Source of the DNA: Phyllosticta citribraziliensis
Lineage: Eukaryota
Assembly: GCF_038025025.1 (NCBI RefSeq)
Contig: NW_027117341.1
Span: forward strand, 1,984,001 to 2,048,000
DNA: 64,000 bases
Direction of reading: 5' to 3'
Numbering within the stretch: position 1 is the stretch's first letter; each line of letters begins with the position of its first letter. Below the pieces are notes generated by a model that had not been told where the DNA came from, did not search any database, and saw nothing but the letters and a program-made list of their open reading frames with translations. The translations under genes were made by a program, and so were the position numbers. Below are positions 26,169 to 39,800 of this stretch, piece by piece.

Positions 26169-26917
26169 AGTGATGTCTTTGCTTTTGTCGAAATCAGGCC
26201 TTGGCACAGTAAAGCCTGAGGGCAGGTGTTTGGAGGGAGAGCACAAGGAGACTTGTGTCCCGGAGTACTTCGTCCAAAGCCTTTTTCTCCAGGCGTGAAA
26301 GAGGTTCGCAGTCCGTCGGACCCAAAGGTTTGCCGCGGCTGGGACGTTTCCAAGCAATCCTGGTAAACAGCAGGAGGCGGAAGAAGCGAGCGACAGTGTC
26401 CTTGGGACTTCTAAAAGGCAGATGGAGACCAGGCCTTGCACTGGTATTGTTGCAGGATCTGGAGGCGGCGGCGGATCCCTCGTGCGCGGTCGAAGCTGTG
26501 CGGTAGAGCTTTTCCTGCAGCGATCGACGGTGAAGAGGTCGAGCGACGCGGGGTATTGGATCGCTCTCCTCGGACGGATGAAGAGCAGCAGGCGGCGGGG
26601 GAGAAACGCGTCGAGCGACGTCGTTGGTGGTGGTGGTGGATGAGATGGATGGCTTGCGGGTAGCGGAGGTGTAGGGCTGGCCGTCTAGCAGTAAGAAACG
26701 GAAGCTGGCCTTTGGAGGTCCGTGCGGAGTATCTCTCTGCCCTCACTGTTCGCAAAATGTACATCTTCTTCCGACTCAAATTTGAGTATTTATCCAAATA
26801 ATGATGGGAGGTGTATAGGTGGACACGGCTATATGCAATTCTGGGATTTTCCCCAGCATGTTAAACTGAAAAATGGTGCAGCACCCATGTCCACGGACAG
26901 CTTGCTCCACAGCAGAT

Positions 26918-28159
26918 TTATATCTCGTCCTCTTCCTCATCAAAATCGTCCTCTTCTCCCATGTCATACAGGATCCTACCTCCTTCACCCGGACCCTCTC
27001 CGCTCTGCGCATCGAAATACGGCAACACTACGCCCTCCCTATCCCTGCGCTGCTTCTCGGTCAACCCCAAGTTGAAAGTCGTATCAAAGTCTTCTCCCTC
27101 CTGGGCTCCCTCTCCCACAGCCGGCACGTGCCGATACAGCGGATGGTCATCCAGCAGCATGACCTGCGCCGTCTTTTGCTGCTCCTTGGACACGGCACCT
27201 TGCGGGCTGCGCGCGCTCGCCGGCTCCGGCAGGAAAAACCACTCGTGCACGCCCCTGCCGCTCTTCCGCCGGTACTCCATCTCGAGCACTACTCCTCGGC
27301 GCAGGTGCTCGGAATTCCCGCTCCGCTCGTCGGCTGCGGCGCCTGCGTTGCGGCCCAGCCCGCCCACGACGCCTTCGACTTCCTCGCTGAGCCCGAAGAC
27401 GGGGCTCGCCTGGCTCTTGTCGCGTGCGGCTTTCTCGGCCAGCACGTGGTGCAGAGAGTGCGGCCGCAGGATAGTGGTGACGAGGTACTTGAGGAGGGTG
27501 AGGGGGTGCGGAGCGTACGGGTCGTGTGGAGACGACAGCGGCACGTCGGCGTGGTAGGTGGCCAGGAGGGAAATGTTGGGGCCGAGGAAGGAAGAGAGGT
27601 ACTCGGGGAGATTGGAACTGGTGCTGGGGAGGTCGCAGAGGAAATTCAGATTGTCGATGACGAGTAGGACCTCTGGAAAAATGTCACCAGGGTATTCTTC
27701 GACCGCGAGACACAAGACAACGCAGAGAAGCAGAAATTGGAAAATGCAAACAAGTAGACCTACTCTGCTTCCCCTTGGCTTCAGCCAAAACATTCAGCAG
27801 CTCCCGCTGCATCACCGCCGGCGTCTGCTTGGTGCCATGGACGAGCACATCGACGACCCGAGGCTTCTTCAGCGTCTCAAAGCTGACCAGCACAATCTTG
27901 ATTTTTCCAGCCTGCGCACAGAGACCCGAACAAATCAGCAACACTAATCCCTCTTGCTCTTTTCAACAACGGCTTAGAATGAACAGAGCACTCGCACATT
28001 TGCTCGTCGCACAAATTCCCGCACCACGCCTTTGCCGCTCTTCTCCAGCGTGTCGATGATGAGCGTAAAGGGCGACATGTTGTCCCGGCAGCTCAGCAGC
28101 TTGGCCATGAGCAGCAGGTTGTGCGCTCGTCTGTGCTCGGCCTGTTTTGACGACGCCAT
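26918..28159 (-). CDS. ELP5: Elongator complex subunit 5 (Iki1)
   Basis: HNLLLMAKLLSCRDNMSPFTLIIDTLE; C-terminal TTFNLGLTEKQRRDREGVVLPYFDAQ..ILYDMGEEDDFDEEED. Confidence 0.88.
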
Positions 28160-28661
28160 CTTTTCTTTTATGGATGGTGATTTGGTGAAAGGTGAAGTTG
28201 TTTGGGCTGGGTTGCCAGTGACCTGCAGGCCTGAGGAAAGCTCGCGTAGATCCATGCCCGCACGGCCCTTTCTCGGCGAAATCCCGGCTTGTAACCACGA
28301 CTGAAAGAAGAAGTGCTGGGTGAAAGAGAATGCAAAGGTCTCGGCTTGAATTGATTATTTTAATCAAGTGTGGGTAAAGAAAGGCCATCAACCTGGAGAT
28401 CGATGTACGCATATAGCCTCATGATTGATTCGGCCATTGAAGGCTTCTACCTGCTATTCAACCTTGTCCCAGCCCTGAATTTTCCCTTCAACTCCTGCCT
28501 GTGACCACATCAGGTGGCTTTTGGGTCAAGCTCTTCGAATGAGAAGCTATAGTAATCACTCGAGTCCCCTTGCGCCTGTTCCAGTATTGCCCATTCGACC
28601 CCGAACTCCATACCGTGAAAACTCCCAGACTCGGTTACGCCCTTCAGTAAAATCCCGCCTC

Positions 28662-30380
28662 TTACTTGGTCTTTTGCTCCTCCGCCTTCCTGACCCAGTA
28701 CAGCTCACGGCGCTCCCAGAGGCTGCCAAAGTCGTTCTGGTTCCTGAAGCAGCGATACTCCTTCCACGCATTATTGTTGCGGTACGAGGGGACTCTGCCA
28801 TCCTCCTTGATAATGGCGTCGCCGAGCTGCTGCGGTCCGCTAACGGGCTCCGTGACAATGTCCTCTCCTGCATTGGGCGAGCTGAACTTGGCGGTGCCAG
28901 GCGGGAAACGGAACACCAACTTGTGGTCGTCGGTAATGGCAACGACCTGTGACGGGATTAGTACGTCGAAGCCATGGATGCGTCGAGAAAGGTCAAATGC
29001 TTACCGTGGCCTCCTTTTCCATAGAGAAGCTGCGTTTGCCACGACCAAACACCCGCTTGTACAGCCACACGTCGCCAACTTGGACTGTGCCTTCGCGGAC
29101 GAGCTCCTCTAGCTTGATCTTGCTCGATTCTCCAGCCAAGACATCGTACTGCAGCTTCTGCTTCTGGCCCCAAAAAGCCTCCATCTCCTGCACCTTCCAC
29201 TCGTCAAAGTCACCACGGGCACGCATCTCCATGGCAATCTGGCCATCGCGCTGCCAATCGGGGTCCAGTCGTCCTTCACGCAAGTCCTCGCCGAACATGG
29301 CAATGTCGGAAAGCAGAGCCGAGTTCTGGGTAAGCATCTGCTGCGGGATGTTGGGGAGAGAATCCTCTTGGGTATTTCCGGGGTCAATGACAGGAGCGTT
29401 CGGAAGCAGGCTGATCAGCTGCGACTGCTGCTCTTTGCTGAGCGACTCCCACGCGCGTGGGTCTTTCAAAATGGCCTATGCAGGTGAGACTTTTGGGCGG
29501 AGATACATTGGATTCGAGGACTTACCGTGACATTCACCTTGCCCAACCTCGACTTGGAGTCTTGCAATAGGTAGTCTGGTGTCCATGTGATGCCGCCGCG
29601 CTTGGGCTTCTCGCTGTCATTTGCCGTCTTCTTGGTCTTGGCGGGCGCAACAACTTCAAATTCGGCGTCACTATCCGGCTCGACGTAGCTCTGGGCTACT
29701 TTGCGTTGGCGGCGGGAGCGAGGCGCCCGAGTCTCAATAGCCTCTTCCGCTTCCATGATGGGTGATTCACGCTGTGAGTTGTTGTGGGGAGATTCAGCTG
29801 CGTTGGAGGAAATGTCTGGGTGGTCTCCAGCTGGAGAGGGAGTCTTGTCGCTGATTGCTTGGCGTTTTGCCTTTGCAGGGCGCGGAGGACTAGATTTGAC
29901 GTGCTCTTCGAATCGCGCGGGCACTTTCCTCTTTCGCGCCGGACGTCCCTGTGATTTCGCATGTTCGTCGTCATTGTCGTCCAGATTGTTCACATGGGAG
30001 TTGACGCTGGCTTGCTCCTCTTGCTCATCAACCTCAATCGGAGCCGCCTGGCTTCCGGATCGAGGCTTGTGATCGCCGGAGTCTTGCACACTGCATTTAC
30101 CTTGTTCGGTAGGACCGACCGTGTCGTCGACATCACTGGGCGTTTGCACAGGCGCGTCTCTTTCTCCAGAGGGAGACGCCATTTCGGAATGCCTGCAGGA
30201 TGGATCGGCTGTTGTTGCGTTGGGGCTCTGGGCCGAGCCTCCATGCTTGTGGACTTCAGCAACCTCCTCATCGTCTAGGTCTTCGAAGTCGTTAGGGACA
30301 TCCGACATTGCCGAGTACGTATACGTTGGCGTGTACGGAGACAATGGCGGCGACGACAGAAGCAGGTTTTGCTCCTCCAT
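28662..30380 (-). CDS. Asx homology (ASXH/DEUBAD) domain protein
   Basis: WTPDYLLQDSKSRL..PRAWESLSKEQQSQLISLLP..FGEDLREGRLDPDW; two introns. Confidence 0.8.
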
Positions 30381-31089
30381 GATTTGGTCCGATGCTTCAA
30401 CGCAGTCACGTGGTTCGTGTCGTTAGGTGTTTTCTGGTAAGCAAAGAGAGGTTGAGAGACCCTGGTGAAGCAGCGGGGCCCACAAACGTTGGCTCGCAGT
30501 TTTTGGTACGCGAGAGGGCTTTGCGACCGGTCAAAGGTGCCCTGTAATTGCAGTGGCCGAGTTTCAGGGGCTCCAAAGAAGAGTGATTTGACGTTCAGTA
30601 GAGTGATGCGACATCAGATGGTTGCAACGCTGAGGAGGGAGTGAGGTGTCAGTGTATCCAGCTCGAGAATGTTTCGGAAGCTGGCAGGCGCTGTGAGGCT
30701 GTTGGTGTGGAGAGACCAGCTTCACGGACCCTTGAAGCTCTTCCCCTGGCTTCCTGGCGAGTCGGACGCGTTCAAGACGTGTGGAATCGCGGTCGTACAG
30801 CTCGAGCCGTGGTGCGGATGGTCGGCGAGACGCGTCCGCGTTGAGCTTGAGTGAGCTCCCTGGACCCATGACGTTTCGCTTACTGGGATAGCAGAGCCAT
30901 CATGAGGGCCGAGCGCCTCATTCTGCCACCGCCGGCTGGTCGGAGCGCCAATCACCGATGTACCGGTCGTCACAGTGCTGTACCCTACAACAGTGTCCAC
31001 TGGACTTCCACTCGACCAGTTCTTCATCTTCCCTTTTGCCCACCCTCTCCGCTCGTTGACGCGCCTGCGAAGCGCTACCAAATATCGCA

Positions 31090-32020
31090 ATGATCAGGTC
31101 CACGCAAATCGCACGTCTGGACGGTACGTGGCCCCCTTTCTCAGCAAAGGTTCCAAGATCGCGTCCGCGGGTCTTCAACCGACTCTCGACGTCCAGCTCG
31201 GCGGCAGAGGCGCTGACAGGGGGTAGGCCTGATCCTGGCCGCTTCTGTCGACGATGAACAGGTAAGCAAAGTTCTGGCGAAGCATGCACAGTCGCAAGCA
31301 TCCTGACGATTTGTTACTGACCTCCGACGTTGCCGCAGTCTGAATCCGAGCTTGTCGACATGAAGAACAAGGTCAGGCAGATTCTCCGGCGCGTAAATCG
31401 AAACTCCGAGCCCCAGGCAAGCATCGAGGGTAGCCAATACACCATCCAGTAGGCCTTTCTTGGTTGTTGGGTTGTCTCACTGCTCATTCCAGCTCTGCAG
31501 CTACCTCATCGACGACGCCCTCGTCTTTCTCTGCATTTGCGATCGGTCGTACCCGCGGAAGCTGGCCTTTACATATCTCGCCGATCTCAAGGGGGAGTTC
31601 ACGACCACATACCAAAGCCAGCAGTACCTGGCGGCGACATGCCGGCCGTACGCATTTGTCGAGTTCGACACCTTCATTCAACGCACAAAGAAGACGTACC
31701 AGGATAGCCGTGCCACTCAGAATCTGGACAAGCTGAATGATGAGCTGAAGGATGTTACGAAGATCATGACCAAGAACATTGAGGATTTGCTTTACCGAGG
31801 CGATAGTCTCGAGCGCATGGGCGACATGAGCAGCAGGCTTCGGGAGGATAGCCGGAAATACCGCAAGGCTGCCGTGAGAATCAACTGGGAGCTGCTCATC
31901 AAGCAGGTTGGTCTCCTGGCTACGCATTCGTGTCTCTGAGTGCTGACGTTTCTGCAGTATGGTCCAGTCGGAGCTCTGGCTTTCATCATGATCGTCTTCA
32001 TCTGGTGGAGATTCTTCTAA
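31090..32020 (+). CDS. SEC22: ER-Golgi R-SNARE Sec22
   Basis: MIRSTQIARLD start; YPRKLAFTYL, RPYAFVEFDTFIQ, IMTKNIEDLLYRGDSL; C-terminal TM ending WWRFF*. Confidence 0.95.
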
Positions 32021-32199
32021 GGGCATAGCATGGCGTCGGTGGTCTTCTCTTCTTCGGCAACAATGTGTTCGTAATGCGTTTTCCCATGCGTGGGACTGAT
32101 CAACAATCAAGGTTGATGACGGCTGTAATCTGCTTGGACAGACTGTCGATCTGGACGTGGACATTCAACTCTTGCGTCGTGCCCCGTGAGTGCTTACGG

Positions 32200-34830
32200 C
32201 TCCAATTAGCGTTTCTTCTTGTCTTTCTTTTCTCCATTCTTACCTGCAAACGTGTCCAGCCTGCTTCACTTGAGTCTTTCGCGAGTCTTTTTCGTCTTTT
32301 TCATCTCAAACTTTGCGGCGATGGCACTTTCTCGTCTTCCTTTTTTGATACCAATCCTGCAGTCTTTAGCTCCTCAGGGGTGGTTGGTTTGGCAAATGCC
32401 CCTTTCAAGTCTCCTCGCTTTTCAGATTTTCTTTTTCCCCAACTGCTCTTCTCACGCGTCCGTTGCTTTTCCTTTCGTTCTCCTCGTTGCCGTCATTCGT
32501 TCGTCTCGATTGGCATGTCAACAGTGCTACTTGGTAGCACATCTTAGCCTGCGTCTTTTTCAGCTTGCTCTCCTTCCATTGTCTTTTCATCGTCAGCTTT
32601 CCTTGCGAGTCTTCTTGAAGCACTGCGTGGGTGGCTGGTTGGGCCAGTGCTTGATCCTCAACGTTTTCTTCCGATCCCTTCCGTCGTCTCTTTCTCGCGA
32701 GTATTCGGCCCTCACTGACTGAGTTTTGGTTAGTCCCGCCTCTTTAATCAGTCTCGGCGAAGATGCGCACTCAACGAGCGGTTTTGCTAGGCAACTTTCT
32801 TTGTTACTCCAGTCTCTTTTGACTCTTCCGTCTCGTACTCTTATCAAGCATCTTCCGTTTCTAGCGCTGCGTGGGTGGTCGGTTGGGCCAGCGCTTTTGT
32901 GTTTCCTTTACCAGTCTGGCTTTGCTCGACGTCTTCAAACGTTTCCGCTTCGATTTTGCTTTCCAGTTCCAGTCATCTCCTCGGTCAGCTTTGCATGGCT
33001 GGTCGGTTGTACCCCTGCTTTTGGTAATGCTTCTGCTTTTTGGTCAACTTTTTTACAGTCGATTCGATTTTTGCTTCTCCCTTACCCCAGCATGAGGGTA
33101 GTTGGTCCACTATTTTCTTCGAGTCTCTTCAAAACACAAGGCTGATTGGGTCGTCCGATACATCGGCAGTCTTCCGAGCCGTTTCTGCGTTCTGTTTGAG
33201 TCTCGCTTTCCGCACAATTCCTCGAGTCAGTCCCTACTCACCTCTCCTGCAGTGAAACTGGCGACAAAGTCTTCTCTCTTTTCCCGGTCCTTCCGTCTCA
33301 TTCACACCTCTTTGTCCAAGTCTTGTCTCCTTTTGAAGTGGCCGAGGTCGTCCCCCTGATCGCTGTTCGGGACTATGCTATCCGGGCATCGCCATTGGGG
33401 ACATCCTAGGAGGATTCTGGAAGACATTCCCCGAGCCGTCCAAAGGCGTCACTTTGGTGCCCGGCGGCCTCGTGTCTTGTTCTGTTTTCATTTTCTCTAA
33501 AAGTCTTATCAGCTCAATCGCTACCCGAGGGGACGTCTTACCGCTCCGTCCTTGTCCGAAATTCCCATCATTGTCAAGTCCAGGCCAAGCAAGACCTAGG
33601 ACCCCGAATCGGCAACGAAGGTACTTGTCCTGGGAAAAGGCACCGGCTCAGAATTGCTATGCTGCGCAACTCTCTCTTAAGATTGAAGGCCAAAGAATTC
33701 CACAGCACCTTGCAGCACTTACCTCCTCGTTGCTCGACCTGAATAAACCTGCCGGACCAGACAGGCTATTCCACCGGTATTCGAAACCCCGTCCTAAGCG
33801 TTGCAGGATACCTCTAGATTATGATCTCGATGTGGCCCGGTGGATTAAGGACCTTGCGCCTGCGGAAGTGCGTTGGCATCCGATATCTCCGTCATTTCCT
33901 GGAGAAACGAACGACCGTCAGCTTCGACTATCAACCAATGAGCGGGGAAGGACGAAAATGCTACCGTAGTGCCATTGCGCGCTTGTCTCTTCAGATGGTA
34001 TCTTCTGCAATATCAAGTTGCCTAGCGGAAACCAATCGCTCTGGCCTGGGCAAATGGCAACCCGTGAATGCGAGAGCTCGCCTAGAGATCATGTTGCATT
34101 TTCTTTTGGCCAAAACCAGCGTGACGAGAACTCGACGTGAGTCTCAAGCTGGGGAAAAGCTCCTTGGCCCTTCTAGCACCCTCGACACTCCGCTCGCGAA
34201 GCTGCCGGATTGTGTATCCACCCAGATCTTGCGCTGTCCACGCCCTCCTTTCAGGGCGAAAACCAGTATATGTCTCCAACGGCCATTCGAACATCGTCCA
34301 GTCTGGCTTGACGTACAGTGTCGCTTTCGATATCGAGGCGCTAGGAGCTTCGAGGAGTTTGCGACTGGCTTCTTCATCAGGTGAGACTGCGTTGATCCTG
34401 AGCTGGCAAGAACTACACAGTAGCACGCGGATCCTATCAGGCTTCGGGTCAGCGAATCGTCATTCTGAAGCGACCACCAGGTCTTCGCCTTGCATGCTCA
34501 TCACTCTTACCTCTCTGGCTCGGCATCTTCTCCAGCGGCCTCTTCTAGTCGCATCTGAGGCGACCACCTGGCGAGACCATACGCTGCGCTGCGCCTGTAC
34601 CTGCGCGCCCAAGCCTCGCCAGTTCTTGCCAGAGCGCGAAACGTACCGAATCGAGCGGTCCCCGCCGGAAAGCTGTCAGAGCAAAGCCAATCGCTTGACT
34701 CGTCGGGTGTAGCCTCTGGAACGCACTCGAAGTCGCTTCCTGCGATGAGGCCCAATCGTGCGAGCGGGTGTTGGAGGTGCTTGTAGTTGCTGCGCAGCAG
34801 ATTGAAGCTTGCTGCCGCACCACTTCTCAT
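32200..34830 (-). pseudogene. Probable decayed gene with a Lys/Glu/Arg-rich low-complexity tail
   Basis: ORFs 34507-34830 and 34082-34426 join in frame through intron 34434-34510, then hit TAG stops; downstream minus strand stays purine-rich but is broken by stops. Confidence 0.35.
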
Positions 34831-36188
34831 TCCTCGGCATCTCCGCCGACAGGAGGTCGTGCGTGAATGCCCAGGCTCGTCGGCTTGCTTTGTCGAAGGC
34901 GTGTTTGTTGGACGGGGGTTCTGGAAGATGCTCTGTACGGCAACATTACCTCACTCTCTTTGTCCCACGACTTGTCTTGGGGCTTTTGGGGTTTTCGTGT
35001 CGGTGTCACGCTTCCTTGTAGGACATGTTGCGCGTTGGTGCCACCTCTTCTTGCACCAGATGAATGCGTATATCCACCAAGGGGCAGGATCGAGATGCTG
35101 TTTGCCTGGCGTTTTTTCTTGAGGCTCTGTCTGGCCGCAAGGCTTCATGATATTGGATCACAGCGGCTCAATTGGCTCTACATCTCGATGAAGTGGACAC
35201 AGCTATCGGGCCTCGCATGAGCCCGTTGATTCCAACGTCTTTCCAAACATTCAAACACTCGAAAGGCTGCCTTCCCCTAGGATTCCGGCGAGGGTGATAA
35301 ACAGCGACCACACAAGAGAGCAAATGAACCCAAACAACCCAGCCAGGACCGCTCTTTGCCAAGGTCCAGCATAAAGCCAAAGCCCCAATGAAAAACAGTG
35401 CAACTCTTATGCAGAGCGCTTGAGAAAACCAAAGATTACCAGGCCGCCAGCCCCGGTGGGCCAGCGCCCAAATCGGGGCGATGCTCCGGGGAGCCAGCCA
35501 TTTAGCGCCCGAAGGCAAGATCCGAGTTCAAGTTCCTGTGATGAGTAGTCATTGCAGTTCATTGAACCGGGAGGGGCTTACCGTTCGACACGATGGAGAA
35601 GAGAAGAGGTGTGCGGGCGTTCAAGGCGATTTTACATTCGGACTCGACGCTTGGACCACGGCGTTGGCGAGACGGGCGCCCCTGTGTAGTACCGGTAGAG
35701 GTGTGCGCGATGGACGGTCCAGCATGCTGGCTTGCGCCCGCGGTGCCATTTGGGGATGAGGTGCTAGGCAGGGCATGCCCTGCGTGGCCCATTGCTGACC
35801 TGATGCTGAATGGGCTCCAGAACCGCTTGCGTAGGACCATCAAAGCAGAGGTGACTCCAAGCAGAGTAGGGCTACACAAAATCAGTATTGTCATGGAAAC
35901 ACTTTTTCGCTAGGATATCACGCTCCAACAGCCAGCCGATGCCGCCTCCAAACTCCAACCAATAGAGCTACCGAGATACGCATGCTGCAAGGATCTTTCT
36001 ATTGGAGTCTCGAATTTGAAGACTTCAAAGCCACAAGTAATCTGCAACCAGATGCTACCCATGGTCGTGTGCCGAGTACTCGATATGAGAAGAGCTTCGC
36101 TTGCAATTGAGTACAACGGGCAATTCAACGCATAGAAATTACGAAAGGGTCAAGAAACACGGCGTTCAAGTCAGTCTTCATTTGAATC

Positions 36189-36679
36189 TCAAGCCGCCTC
36201 TGGCCATCCCAGCGGCAATCCCCAATGTATACGGGCTCCCAAGGCCCAGCCCCCTCCCCTTGTTCTCCAGCTATTCGTCCCCCCAGGAAACGCCGTACTC
36301 TCAATGGACACTAGCACCCCTGTTAGCCAAAGCCGCCACCCAAAGCCGCGAAGGAGAACCAAACGCACAAACCCGGGCACGCGAGAAAAATCTCATTGAA
36401 CGTGGTTTCAAAGTTGCCCGTCTTGACGGCGGCGAGCGCGAGCGTGACGGCGGCGACGAAGTCGGCGTGGCGCCGGACGCGCATCTCGTCCTCTTCCTCG
36501 TCCCCGGCGGCGTGGATCTTGCGCCGCTGCATCCAGGCGGCGATCTCGGCTTGCCAGGCCATGATGTGCGGCACGCGCTGCGCCACGAGGTGGTTGAAGG
36601 CGGCGCGCACGCCGCGCTTGCTGATGATGGCTGGCTTGAGCGCCAGCGTGAGCGGCGTGACGGCGGCGAGGGCGTCCAT
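36189..36679 (-). CDS. Small hypothetical protein (one intron likely)
   Basis: GC3-rich ORF MDALAAVTPL..; GTTTGT..GCTAAC..TAG intron near the 3' end. Confidence 0.5.
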
Positions 36680-37207
36680 TGTAGTTGTGTTGGGTTGGGT
36701 TGGACTGGATTGGATGGGTTGGGTTGAGGTGCGGGTGTGAGGTTGGAGTCGCGAGATCGTGATGGTTTCGCGGGTGGTTCGTGGAGAAGAGTGGTCAAAA
36801 GATGAGCGGAAGAGACACCAAAGCCAACTGCAAGACGGCGCGACGACGACTAATGAGCAGGGAAATCGGCTCTGCTAACTGACGCATGATTTTCGCAAAG
36901 GTTTGTCTTTAAGGCAAATTCACGGAAGCATTCAAAATGTTGAAGCTCAAGAGAAGCACTTTTCGATTGAGAGGAGATGAGAAGAGAAGAGACCCGTAGG
37001 CCATGCAAACGCTGTCGACGAGGCAGCCTGAACCCCCAAGGAATACCAAAGAAGAACCAAAACCACCAAACACCAGGAAATGCTGCTGCCAACGGGACAG
37101 CCAACGACCCCCCGCAGACTCCAGACCAGGCCAGAAATGCGACACTCAAACGCCCGAAGTGCCATGGGCAGGCAATGCTCCTGATTTTCTAGAGACTGGG
37201 AGCGCGC

Positions 37208-37673
37208 CTAGTAGCCATGACGCAGCTTTTTCCATGCCCTACGCAACAGAAAGCGGCCGCGCTCTCTCAGGAAGACGTGGCGGGGAAGGGGTTGAACGAG
37301 GCCGGCTGCAATCAACGGGTCTTCAATATCTGTCGCCGGTGGTCAGCGTGTCTTTCTCGAGAGCTCCGGGACGAGGTTGCCCAAGGGCAAGCTTACCGAG
37401 AGAGGCCGTATGGATCAGGGGGCGTAGCACCTTGACGTGTGGGCACTCAGCGCAAAACAGCTCCGCAAGCTGCGCCATGAAGCAGAAGTCGGTCTCGTCG
37501 GTGACGCGCACGAAGCGCGGCTCGCGGCCCAAGTTGTATTTGAGCATTGTGGCCGTCACCTTGGCCTTCCACTCGCCGGAGAGCGACAGGATCCCCAGTA
37601 CTGCGCAGGCCATCTGGTGGAGCACCTCGCAATCAACGTACTTGGGCTTGTAGGGGCCTCCGGAGAGTGACAT
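37208..37673 (-). CDS. Small hypothetical protein (one intron)
   Basis: MSLSGGPYKPKYVDCEVLHQ..HTASL|DIEDPLIAAGLV..LRHGY*; GTAAGC..GCTGAC..CAG intron. Confidence 0.55.
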
Positions 37674-38749
37674 GGCGGCGGCCGCCGCGATGGTGGTTGT
37701 GGTGGCGATGCCGCAGAGGAGCCTGGGAAGGGCGAGTGGAGCCGAGAAACTGCTCCGAGAGAGCAAGAGGGCGGCGCCAGGGCGCGAGAGCGCGAGAGCG
37801 CGGGCGATGGCGAGGATGTGACGAGCAGACGGTGGTTTGCGGTGGTTGTCAAACGGTCACAAATATCGCGATGCAGACGTTGTGGGTGCGCTGCCCGGTT
37901 GCTACTCAAAATGGCAGCCACGATACTCCGGCGACGAGCGCCTCTATGCTGGGCATTTGAGCTTGCAAATCGGCCGCGCAGTCTTGCCAAAAGGGTCTCT
38001 GTAGTCATACTGCACTGTCCAAAATTCCTCGCCCGTGTGAGACTCGAAGGCAACTCTCAGTGCAATATCTGAGCCTCTTGAAAGCTACAAACCGTGCTTG
38101 AGGAATTTCAACGGCTACAAAAAGACGCGCATGGTATTTGTAACCAAGGCCTGCAATTGAGCATATCGCATTTCCTCAGACCCAAATCAAGCCCTCTTGG
38201 GCTGCCAGCGATCACAGGAAGAGCGGAGGGATTTGGGTGCCAGATCAGGAGCACCTTCATTCTGTGGGACCTCCCTGGAGCTCTTTTACGCTACCATTGT
38301 TGTCCAAAATTACCAGGAACCACGCGTCCAGGACATCTGCACAAGTCCAGAGTAGGAGACAAAACCATCAAGAGCACGTCCTTTTCAAGGAAGCTTCAAA
38401 TTACCCAGGACAGCATCGTTACAGGTGCGACAAGCATGGCCTTCCACATCGCCTTCGCATCTTGGCCGAATGGAGCCTATGCATCGATTCAATATGACAA
38501 AAGGGACTGGCTCTGCTGCCATGAGGTAGCCTGGACGAATAAAGCAGACGAGCAGTTCACGGAGACGAAGCGACTGCACAGCACACACGTCACGGGGGCA
38601 TATCACGGAAGCAAATTGATGGAATTCAGTCTTCATTCAAACTACTCTGAGCAAATAAGCTGGAGTGGAAAAAGCATGGACATGTCGCAAGTTCCGTTTT
38701 CCGAGCGCTTGATGGGAAGAGGGTAACGGTCGGACAAGATCGGGTCAAC

Positions 38750-39650
38750 AGAACTCGAGATGACCAAGAGATACGTTTGTCTTCGTACTCGTCGGGCCCG
38801 CATTCGCGAACAGAAATTCCACTCGTCGACCTTGTCAATCTCGGCAAAGGCAGTCCACTCGTCGCGACCGCATTCGCGAACAGAACTCCCACTCGTCGAC
38901 CTTGTCCATTTCTGCAAAGGCGGTCCACTCATCGCGACCGCATTCGCGAACAGAAATTCCACTCGTCAATCTTGTCCATCTCGGCGAAGGTATTAGATGG
39001 TGGGTGGGTAATAACGAGGGTGAAATGCCGGTCGATATGTTCCATCCAGCGGGGATTGAGGCGTTGGACGGCGGGGTGGGTAACAATGAGGGCAGTCCAC
39101 TCGTCCCTTGTCCATTTCTGCAAACGCGGTCCACTCATCGACCTTGTCCATTTCTGCAAAGACAGTCCACTCGTCGCGACCGCACTCACGAACAAAGCAG
39201 CCGCCATCATCGATAACCAATGTCGAGACCAGGGACGTGGGATAAGAGACGCACAAGCTCCTTGTTGCAGTGGATCAGCAACGGGTAGTTGGCCTTGTTG
39301 AGGACAACTCCCAAGGAGTCCCGCCTCTCATGGCAAAATTCGAAATGACCACGAGATACGTTTGTCTTCGGACTCGTCGAGCCCGCATTCACGAACGAAG
39401 CAGCCGTCCTCATCGATGATGCCGAGACCAGGGACGTGGGAGAAGAGACGCAAAAGCTCCTTGTTGCAGTGGATCAGCAACGGGTAGTTGGCCTTGTTGA
39501 GGACAACTCCCAAGGAGTGCGGCCACTCATGGCAAGATTCGAAATGACCACGCGATACGTTTGTTTTGCGCTTCGTCGCGGCCGCATTCGCGGACAAAGC
39601 AGCCGTTCTCAGCAACGATGCCGAGACCAGGGACGCAGGAGAAGAGACGC
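38750..39650. repeat. Nested tandem repeats derived from the TPS3-like fragment (about 198-bp and about 60-bp units)
   Basis: gagaccagggacg recurs near 39225, 39423 and 39623; ccactcgtcgcgaccgcattcgcgaacagaa recurs across 38800-39190. Confidence 0.85.
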
Positions 39651-39800
39651 TCGAGCTCCTCGGGAGTGCGACCACTCATCACGTAGACGATATTGTTCTT
39701 GTCCATCAGGACCTCGTTGAGCGTGTCAATGATACGCTGGGGACTGGTCAAGATGATGCTGGTTGGGGAGCCGTAGGATGCGAGCGTGCCTTCGCCGTCT
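39527..39800 (-). pseudogene. Fragment of trehalose-6-phosphate synthase regulatory subunit (TPS3/TslA-type phosphatase-like domain)
   Basis: EGTLASYGSPTSIILTSPQRIIDTLNEVLMDKNNIVYVMSGRTPEELERLFSCVPGLGIVAENGCFVRE; no GT20 domain upstream. Confidence 0.75.

Noticed and set aside
33960..34090. In-frame TAG stops rescued by A-to-I editing
   Set aside because: TGA and TAA stops and frame breaks also occur downstream; simple decay is more parsimonious
34434..34510. Minus-strand intron containing GTGATGA..CAGA..ATGACGA..CTGA as a snoRNA
   Set aside because: Box C lies 6 nt from the donor and the CTGAs coincide with the branch point and acceptor, which is incompatible with intronic snoRNA processing
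38094..38726. 210-aa ORF
   Set aside because: Non-ATG start, no motif and no splice support
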